Shown: positions 48,472 through 61,310 of the stretch, in pieces | Layout of the letters: each line of letters opens with the position of its first letter | Numbering within the stretch: position 1 is the stretch's first letter | NCBI GenBank assembly: GCA_000165345.1 | Contig: CM000436.1 | Coordinates: 544,001-608,000 of the forward strand | Length of the DNA stretch: 64,000 nt | Direction: 5' to 3' | Notes under the pieces: generated by a model | What the model was told of the DNA's origin: nothing | Seen by the model: the letters and a program-made list of their open reading frames with translations, nothing else | The model's database searches: none | Made by a program: the position numbers and the translations under genes

Positions 48472-51327
48472 ATGGAGAAAATTATTTATTTATTATTAAT
48501 ATCAATAAACTGGTTGGTAGGAAATGCTATTTCACAGTTAATTGTGTCAGAACAAGAAATGTGTATGAATGGACAATGCAAAAAAATGTTGAACGGTCAT
48601 TTAGTTATACAGAATAATCAGGTAGGCTTATTTTTTTTTAGTAAAATAATAATTGAAAATTAAATATTTTGAAATTAATTAATTTTATAGGATGTATCGT
48701 TGAATTTTGGATCATCAGAAGTAAATGGAAAGAATGCAAAAGAAGCAGACCCAGGTTCTAATGGATTTAAGATTACAATAAAGAAGTCTCCAATATTAAT
48801 TGCATATGATTTGAGTTATATTTCAACTTTATATCATGATTTTCAAGAAGATATAAAATTGTTTTCGTTTACTCAAGTTGAAGGTGACCCATCTAGATTT
48901 TGTAATCATGAATTGAGAAGTTGTCAGAAAGTGAGAGACGAGTATTTATATGGAACACCAAATTGTAAGTTTTAATAAATTATTTTGAATTTAGCAATAT
49001 CTTAATAAAACATATTTAAAATGATTTATAGTGCCACCAGGTCAAAAAAATTGGACTCAAGAAACTCCAATACCACCTGGATCACAAGGATCGTGTTGTT
49101 GGTGTCCAGAATTATATGTAACGGTAAGTTCAATTGAATTAAAGTGCTGGAGGAGGGGCTTTTTATTAGGGATTAAGGTTTTTTATATTAGAGAAATTAA
49201 TGACATATTTACTCCCAATTAAATAATTTTTTTTTTTAGATAAATACTGATGCACCATTTTCAAGAGCTACATTACATTGTTCATGGATACGTAAGTTTA
49301 ATATATTACAAATGGAAATAATTTATTGAACTATTTTAAACTATTTATAGAGCAAAGAATGTGGTGGAATGTTTACTTATCGAAGTCATGCCCAGTTTGG
49401 ATACCACCATGGTGGACAGCTTTTAGAATAGGTGGATGGAACTGGCAATACTCATTAGAGGTTGAATTATCTTGGTTTAGTCCAACAGAATCATCAATTA
49501 ATAAGTTATCAAGTACAGAATTGGAAAATATGGAAAATGAATGTAAGAAAGAAAATAAGGATTCCACAATAGATTGTTCAAGATTAAGGCATAAAGAATC
49601 AGGAATTCAGACTTCTGTACATACATTAAATTCATCGTCTCCATCATTCTATGATCCAAATTTTGGAGCTTCAGTACAGGTAATAAGCTCAGGACCACCG
49701 TTTGGGAGTGCTAATGCAAAGGATTTGAATGGTTATTACATGTTACAACCAACATTTTCACCAAAAGGGATGCCTGCTAGTATTTCAATTCCTCCTTTAA
49801 GAAGTGGGTGTGGAAAAGCTTCAAAAAACCAAACAGAAGAGGAAATAAATGATTGTTTAAAGCCAACATTAATTATTCCTCCAGAAAATGCAGACTTTAC
49901 AGGAGTTTCATGTGATAAGATAGGAACAAGTGTTCATACTTGGAGTTCTGTGAACGGTAGATTTTGCTATCATCCACCTGGTACTTGTCAAAGAGCTCAG
50001 ATAGCTCACTTTTATAAGAAAGTTATAGAAGATCATTCACTTGGAAAGATTTCACAATATTCAGTAAGAGCACAAAATTCTGGTTCTCCACAGTTGATTT
50101 TGGATTCATTAGGAGAAATTGGTCATGAGGAGATGGATCAAAATGATATGGGAAATATAACTAATATACAATCACGCAGATTCTTTTTGGGATATAATTT
50201 TGATTCAATCTTTGACACAGAAATAATGTTCTCAGTCGAAGCTTCTTCTGTGTCTTGGGTAGCAACATCTTCTCCTGGAATTATTACATTTATAGAACCA
50301 CCACCTTTGGAGGCTTGCACAGCAATGAGTAGTTTTGGCTGTCCTCTAAAGGTTTATATTAAGAATAGTGGTAAGTTTGAATATATATATATATACATTT
50401 CGAATTGAATTGAAAATAACTTAACAAAAATATTCTATAGGGGATATTGATTCAGGTTTTGTAGTTCAAATACCTTATTGTACAAAGTCAGGAGTACAAA
50501 CAAGTGAGGTAGGTTTGTATTTAATTCATTCAAATTTATATAATTAATTAATTTAGGTTGATCCAATAATGGCACAAACAAAGAAGATTAAAGCCAATTC
50601 AATAGGAATTTTTACTTTTGTATTGGGAGTTTCCGTATTAACTGGGAGTGAATATAAGTGCGTGGTAAGTATATATATATTTAATGCATCCAATATATGC
50701 ATGCATACAATAAATGCATGCATGCAATATATTGGTAAACACTATTAAATAACAATATTAAATATTATTTCTATTCAAATAATAGGTTGTGTTGTATAAT
50801 TCATTTTCAGTTCAACTGGATCAGAATATGTTCACTTTTTCAACAACTTCTACAACGGTAAGTTTATTTGAAAGAAGATATCGTTTTTGAATCTTAATAT
50901 TAATTATTAATATAAATATTTTGATATCAAATTGAAAATTTAAGATTTCAATTGCAAGTTCAGATTCAATAATTTCTGATGTAGTAGTGAATCAAACTTC
51001 GTTAACAAACAAAAAGTTTGATTCTATGTTTACAGGAAATAAATGTATTTCTTGTGGATTAAATTTTTGGTGTTTAATAGCAAATAGTAAGTTAAAAATG
51101 AATCATTCTTTTAAAATTTAAAATAATTAAAATAAATTTCAGTTAAAGATTGTATTATGTTAGGTATTAAATGTATAGGGATAATACTTGGATTGATAAT
51201 AGGATTTGTTATATTATTAAAGTTGATAAAGATAATACTTGAACTACGTAAAAATAAGAAAATTGAAACAAGGATAATTAATAATAGCCAAGAAAGTTTA
51301 AGTCAAGGTATTAATAGGAAGAATTGA
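48472..51327 (+). CDS. 10-exon gene encoding a 717-aa signal-peptide / single-TM cysteine-containing surface protein; candidate HAP2/GCS1-like gamete fusogen
   Basis: Exons: 48472-48621, 48691-48964, 49041-49123, 49240-49291, 49351-50370, 50441-50508, 50557-50664, 50786-50857, 50945-51086, 51143-51327. Donors are GTAAGT/GTAGGT and acceptors are tag/cag after T-rich tracts. Total exon length is 2154 nt, a multiple of 3. Signal peptide MEKIIYLLLISINWLVGNAIS. The ectodomain has conserved-looking Cys motifs (SCCWCPELY, FTGVSCDKIGTSVHTWSSVNGRFCYHPPGTCQRAQ). TM IGIILGLIIGFVILL is followed by a basic tail RKNKKIETR. The HAP2 assignment is from memory of the family architecture, not a search. Confidence 0.5.
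50690..50735. other. Near-palindromic GCATGC-rich element inside intron 7 of the 10-exon gene
   Basis: ccaatatatgcatgcatacaataaatgcatgcatgcaatatattgg. The arms CCAATATATGCATGCA and TGCATGCAATATATTGG are nearly reverse-complementary. Confidence 0.5.
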
Positions 51328-51506
51328 TTTGAATTGAAGTAAAACAAACAAAACAAAAGAAGCAATGAAAGTATATTAAAAGTTAATTAATATGGGCCTA
51401 GCTGAAAAAATTATTATTAATAATTTTGCCAGTATTTTTATCAATATGAATAGTAATGACTCCAAGATTTGGTAATTGCCATAATACAGATCCTAATAAG
51501 TGGAAA

Positions 51507-52560
51507 TTAATTGATTAATTTAATTAAAGTTGAAATAATCAGAATTTCAATAAAAATACCTTTTAAAAGCCTTTTCAAGAAGTAATAATGGGATACCAAT
51601 ACGATTTCATTATTTTCAAGATCTTGATAATTCTTGATAAAATTAATAAATTGTTGAATTCTTTGATCCACTTGTTCATGATCTTCTGGAAGTACAATAT
51701 AATCTTTAAAGTTGGTGTCAGGAAGAAATGATATATCAGCTTTTGGGTAATTTTTGATAATTTCTTCCTTAGATAAACAAGGAACATCTGATATATATAG
51801 AGCTTTTTCTCTAACAAAATCCAATACACAAATTTTGCAATTTTCAGAAGATCTTTTTGAAATCAAATTTGAAGTTTCCATGGCTCTTCTTAAGTTGGAA
51901 GTAATAATCAAAGAAGCTCTTTCCATTATTGGTTTTCCTTTATATGTTGGCTAATTCAGAAATGTTTCAGGAAAAAAAAGTACAATTATTATAGAAAGAT
52001 ATTAAGTAAAGTTATTATTGGTTTAAAATATATGACCATATAATTGTCACTTACACCACCATTATCACCAAAATTATTCGCTTTTTCAACTCCATACTTG
52101 GATAAAGGAGCATCCAAAATACCTAAAGATTTAAAGAGTCATGTAATATATATTTATTGGTATTTTTATTTAATAAGTTTATTCCTGTTTAGTTAGTCTA
52201 TTATAATCCATTCAAATGTATTAATTAGATTGGATTATACTATTCTATTATAATAGGAAATGAACTTAATAACTTACCTGGATCTTTACTAGATAATAAT
52301 TCGTGTATATTCAAGGTTTTAATATTATGGTTTCTTAAGGCATTCATGGTACTTTCAGCATGTCGTATACAATGTACGGTGACAATATTCTTATATTTGG
52401 TTATTGGTTGGTTAGTTATAGCAGTATTGAATTGTTTCTCGCATTTTGTTTGGTTATTTGTAATTTTCCCAAATAGAGGAATGGCTATTTTTTTAAAGTC
52501 CAAGTTTTTGTTATTTTTTTGGAAAACAAATTTTTTCAAGATTGTTTTAACTTGAAGCAT
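51507..52560 (-). CDS. Histidine phosphatase (phosphoglycerate mutase-like) family protein, 3-exon model
   Basis: Minus-strand exons 52560-52278, 52122-52055 and 51950-51507. Donors are GTAAGT, seen as acttac on the plus strand at 52272-52277 and 52049-52054. Acceptors are ctttag and aattag. Total length is 795 nt, a multiple of 3. RHAES (VHCIRHAESTMN) is the catalytic His motif. Exon 2 reads ILDAPLSKYGVEKANNFG. Exon 3 has RRAMETS and the C-terminal IVLVSH His. Confidence 0.65.
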
Positions 52561-53199
52561 TTTTTTTCCCTTTATTGGATTATTATATATTTTTATGATT
52601 ATATTTCAGTTATTATGCCAAAAGTTTAAAATAACAACATTAAATTATATTGGAATTCAATTAAAAATTATATTGTTCACAAATAATATCAATTAGTTGG
52701 AGTAATATTAAAGTGAATTGGTTAAAATAAATAAATATTACTTTTTTGGAGACTTTTTGAAACAAAATTTTAATAAAGTTGGCCTTTTAAATTAACCCCA
52801 CTCCAAAAAAAATCAATATACTCCTTTTAAGAATATTTTCAGAAAAGAATAACAAGAAATCCTCTTTTTCTTTCTTCTCTGTTAATACATTTATTTTTGC
52901 ATGCAAAAATAAATGTTATTAAAAACAATTAGGCGGGCAATCCGAGCGGGTCATTCATGATTATATAAAGTCAATAATGGAAAAAAAAGTCAATATAGTA
53001 TAATAAAAGGAAGATAAGAAAAAAAAGAGTAAGAGAAGAGAAGAGGTGAAATGTTAAGAAAGAATTGATGACGAAGATAATTTTCAGAAAGTATTAATTG
53101 AATTTTCTTTGTTGTTTCGAATTACATCATTAATAAAAGTATTATTTTACTACTACTATTACTATTACTACTACAGTTTCCTTTTATTAAAAGAGAAAT

Positions 53200-57252
<4,053 letters not shown>

Positions 57253-57386
57253 ACACAAAAACTCTTAAACACTAGAACAAATTTTTTACTAGAGAAATTC
57301 TAATCAAAAATAATTCTTCAATCAAATTTATTATTAACAAACAGTTATTCCAATTCTTATACCTTATTTCCATCCTTTTTCTAATA

Positions 57387-60300
57387 TTAAAATAGATAAT
57401 ATATAGAAAAAGAAAAACAAAAGAAGAATTCATAAATTAACTTTGGAAATAAAATCTGCCAAATCATTATATTCTCCCTTAATATAATTATTCCCAAAAC
57501 TGTAAATAAGTATTTTGATAATATTATCCCCATCATCCAAATCTTTGGATTCCTTAATCCCAATGATGGAAGCTTAAGCATAATTGATAAAGAAAATAAA
57601 TGAGATGTCAAAAAATATATTACCAATAATTGAGATATTATCAAATGGAAATAATCCAATCCTATCAATCCAACATATTCTGGTATCGTTTCCAACTTTA
57701 ATTTATTACCCAAATTATAGAAATTATTCAATGATAATAAATATAATAAAATAATATTTTCGATACCTTTAATAGGTACCGAAATTAATCTATTATTATT
57801 ATTATTATTATTATTATTTTCTTTTGAATTATGATGAATTATTCCGTCCAATCTTAAACTCTCTATTGAAATTAATTGTATTATACTAGAAATTGAATAT
57901 GGTATTATTAATTCATTCTTTAATAAAAATATTAAAATTAAATGATGATTAAGCCATTGATTGATTAATAATCTATAATCTACAGTATTCTTTGTTTCTA
58001 TTGCACTTTTATCCAATTCTTTAGATAATTTTAATCGATGTCTTTTTATAAATAAATCATATATAGTCTTTGTTAGTTGTATTAAAGCCAAAATACGTAC
58101 AATATTATTATTGTTAATCCAATTAAACCAAACATATATTGGTACAATAACCATGATTAATATATTCCATCTATTTAATATATTCTTATAAACTATTAAT
58201 AATAAAAATAAATAAAATATTAATATAAATAATATAGTAATTTTAGATTTTAATAATAAATGAATATTAAAAAATCCAAAATTTAGAATTTGTTGAATTT
58301 CATAATCAAATATAAATGTAAAACGTATCAATATTAATTGTATAAATGGTAATAACATTTGTCTTAAATTATTTTTTGAACCAGAAAATAATAATATAAT
58401 CTGATAAGATATTAATAAAAATCTCACAACTTTTCCTTCATTTCTTGCAAATGATGCTGAATAACTACAAAAATGTATTAAACATAATAAAGTCATTATA
58501 CACCAATAAAAATTCCATCTCAATTCTTTATTATTCAAACTTAATTTAAAGATATTACAATAAAATGAATGTATCTCATACCGGTATCTTATCAATATGT
58601 GCATCATAATAAGCGTGATAATTGTAAATGTAAAAAAATTACAATAATATATAAAATCTTGGGTAAAAAATAAATTTTGAGAAAATAGATATATTCCAAT
58701 TAAATTAAAAATGGATGATATTAAAATAATAATTAAATAAATAGTAAATAATTGACCAGATTTGAATTGTATTGTATTGTATATAGATAATTGTTGTTTT
58801 GATGATGCTTCATTAGATTCTGAAGATGAAGATAAAGATAAGAATCCTTTTTTTTGATTAAACATGAATCTTGACATGCTTAAATTAAAGCTTGGAATAA
58901 TAATAATTGATACAAATACAAATAATGAAAAAATGATAAGAAATCCTTGAATAATTGATACCCAATCAAACTTGGATTTGTCTTTTAATAGCTTATTTTG
59001 AATAAGCAAAGCAAATTCATATGATAGTTGATAATGTTTCTTACATATACTGATCAAAGTTTCATAATTATTTTTTTGATTACTTTCACCGTTATTTTGA
59101 GCCCTTAATAAGTCAGCATTTTTAACTAATTGATAACTTTTATAGAATTCATAATACTTGGATTTAATTTGAGCGTCCTGTAATCTGATTTGACCTCCTA
59201 AGTTATTTAGGAGTCTGTTAAAGATTTGAAAAGCATTATTATGCATTACTTTTGCGTAATTAATTTCTTGTAAAAATTGTTGATGATGATCTTGATCATC
59301 ATGATCATCATGTTCGGTACCGCTTTTTAGATGGATCTTAAAATCCTCTCTAAATATACCCAAGTTATTTTCTGGTATTGGAATTCCTAATGATGAGGAT
59401 ATAATTGGAATAGTATCAATTTGATTAAGAACTTTAATGTTTTTAATTCTTTCATTTAAAGATACTTGCTCGGAAATTTTATTTTTTACTGGCAAATCCC
59501 ATTCGGGTATCTTTTCCATTGAAGTAATAAAAGGAATTGTAGAGAATGCAAAAAAGCCCGCGTTTGTTTCGGTAATGCAGGAGCCTCCGTGCCCGCCATT
59601 TTCATTCTGACCGTGATCTCCGAATAATAAAAATAAGATTTTTTCAGATTTATTATTTTTTTTAATAAAATTATGGATTTGTTGAGTAAATTCTTTAGGA
59701 GTGAGATGATCATTTTTATTGTTGATTTTGAGAAGTAGTTGTAAAGTTTTGACAGCTGTTTGATCCATTTGGGAGAGTTTATTCTTCATGTCATCGTTAT
59801 AAATACCAGAATAATGTCCAATATGATCAACCCCAATAAAATGATTTACCATAAACTTCCAATCATTATATTTTTCATAATGATTATTTGTATGATTTAA
59901 GAAAAAATTAATTTTATCTTCAACAAATTTATCCAAGCTATCAAAATCTCTGATATCTAATGATCCAAATTTATGATTATAATGAATTAATTCACTATAT
60001 AATAGATCCCATGTATCATCTCCAGCGACTACAGATTTTTTATTTTTTAAGAATAGATTTTTTAAAATAGTTGGAGTTTCTGCGTTATTTTTAGGTCTTA
60101 ATGCAGAAATAAGATCAAATATTCCAGGATTTTCTCCTGACATGAGAGATTTGATTCTAAAGGTTGTTAAGGTTGGGAAATCTGCTTTGAAATTAAAGAA
60201 ACGAATATGATTTTTTAATTCATCACTTCTCATCAATTCGTTTAAATACTTAAATTGATTATGAATTTGATTATTAGGATTTTTCGTTTCAATATTTAAA

Positions 60301-60512
60301 TAATCAATTCTTAAGGCATCAATAATAAAGTAAACTACTTTATCATATATAGGTTCAATTTCAAAATATTCAATTTCCGGTAATTTGAAGTCTTGATTAA
60401 GCGAACCATTTTGTTCTAAATTAGTTTTTTCACCATTAAATCCAATAAAAAATAATACTGTTCCAAGTAGGAGTACTGTTAAATAAGTCACAATTAGAAT
60501 TTGCTTAAACAT
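57387..60512 (-). CDS. GPI ethanolamine-phosphate transferase (PIG-O/PIG-G, Gpi13/Gpi7 family)
   Basis: 1041 aa. The N-terminal lumenal phosphodiesterase-like domain has VVYFIIDALRIDYL and ILFLLFGDHGQNENGGHGG. It is followed by more than 10 predicted TM helices. Confidence 0.8.
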   Translation of the reverse strand: MFKQILIVTYLTVLLLGTVLFFIGFNGEKTNLEQNGSLNQDFKLPEIEYFEIEPIYDKVVYFIIDALRIDYLNIETKNPNNQIHNQFKYLNELMRSDELKNHIRFFNFKADFPTLTTFRIKSLMSGENPGIFDLISALRPKNNAETPTILKNLFLKNKKSVVAGDDTWDLLYSELIHYNHKFGSLDIRDFDSLDKFVEDKINFFLNHTNNHYEKYNDWKFMVNHFIGVDHIGHYSGIYNDDMKNKLSQMDQTAVKTLQLLLKINNKNDHLTPKEFTQQIHNFIKKNNKSEKILFLLFGDHGQNENGGHGGSCITETNAGFFAFSTIPFITSMEKIPEWDLPVKNKISEQVSLNERIKNIKVLNQIDTIPIISSSLGIPIPENNLGIFREDFKIHLKSGTEHDDHDDQDHHQQFLQEINYAKVMHNNAFQIFNRLLNNLGGQIRLQDAQIKSKYYEFYKSYQLVKNADLLRAQNNGESNQKNNYETLISICKKHYQLSYEFALLIQNKLLKDKSKFDWVSIIQGFLIIFSLFVFVSIIIIPSFNLSMSRFMFNQKKGFLSLSSSSESNEASSKQQLSIYNTIQFKSGQLFTIYLIIILISSIFNLIGIYLFSQNLFFTQDFIYYCNFFTFTIITLIMMHILIRYRYEIHSFYCNIFKLSLNNKELRWNFYWCIMTLLCLIHFCSYSASFARNEGKVVRFLLISYQIILLFSGSKNNLRQMLLPFIQLILIRFTFIFDYEIQQILNFGFFNIHLLLKSKITILFILIFYLFLLLIVYKNILNRWNILIMVIVPIYVWFNWINNNNIVRILALIQLTKTIYDLFIKRHRLKLSKELDKSAIETKNTVDYRLLINQWLNHHLILIFLLKNELIIPYSISSIIQLISIESLRLDGIIHHNSKENNNNNNNNNRLISVPIKGIENIILLYLLSLNNFYNLGNKLKLETIPEYVGLIGLDYFHLIISQLLVIYFLTSHLFSLSIMLKLPSLGLRNPKIWMMGIILSKYLFTVLGIIILRENIMIWQILFPKLIYEFFFCFSFSIYYLF

Positions 60513-60746
60513 TTTGACTTTCGAAACTCCAGAGATGCAATTTCCTTTTTCTCATGCTATTTTGAATTCGTAGATACTTAAGATTCTCTAATTAATAAAG
60601 CATCCAAAACTACTAAAATTTGCCTTAAAAAGGAAAAAACAAAACAAGAAAGCAATTCCTTAGCTCTATTTTCTGTAAAAAGCTGAAGTGGAGTGTTTCT
60701 TTATTTCAAAAATACATTTACATATTTACATAAATGTACATGTATT

Positions 60747-60790
<44 letters not shown>

Positions 60791-61310
60791 ATTAATTAAT
60801 TAATTATGTATTACTACATATAATCATTCAGTTAGTATGTATTTGTATTACATGCGAATTTATATACTAATATTAATATCCTTAATCAGATAAGTTTCAG
60901 ATATTATTTAATAAAAATTCCTTACTTTTCCCTAAATCCCTTAATTTTGACCCTTCAATTCTACCTCCTCCAAACTATATTATTTGTATTTCCCCTTATA
61001 ATGTTAAACTTCCTTTCCTTTTCCTCTTTCTCCAACCTTTTCTTTTATATCTATCAAAAAATCTCCGATTTACCCCTCAGCTCACTAAATCAATCCCTTA
61101 ATCAAGAAGGCGGCACATCAATGTGGACGGGCGCGCACATTTGAAGTGCATGCAGATAAAAACAAAGGTGACGGTAAACAAGGCATGCAAAAGAGCAGAT
61201 AAGGAAAAAAAAATAGAGCGGATTTTTTTAAAGAGAAAAGAAAGTGAATATTATAAATAAATATATTTAGAATTTTACGGAGGGAGGTATATTAAAGAAA
61301 GGGTAATGTG

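Noticed and set aside
49031-49040. Alternative acceptor at 49029-49030 (tatag) for exon 3 of the 10-exon gene
   Set aside because: Using it breaks the frame into exon 4 (stop after the 49124 donor). The acceptor at 49039-49040 (ccaccag) keeps the Cys-rich frame open and makes the total CDS a multiple of 3.
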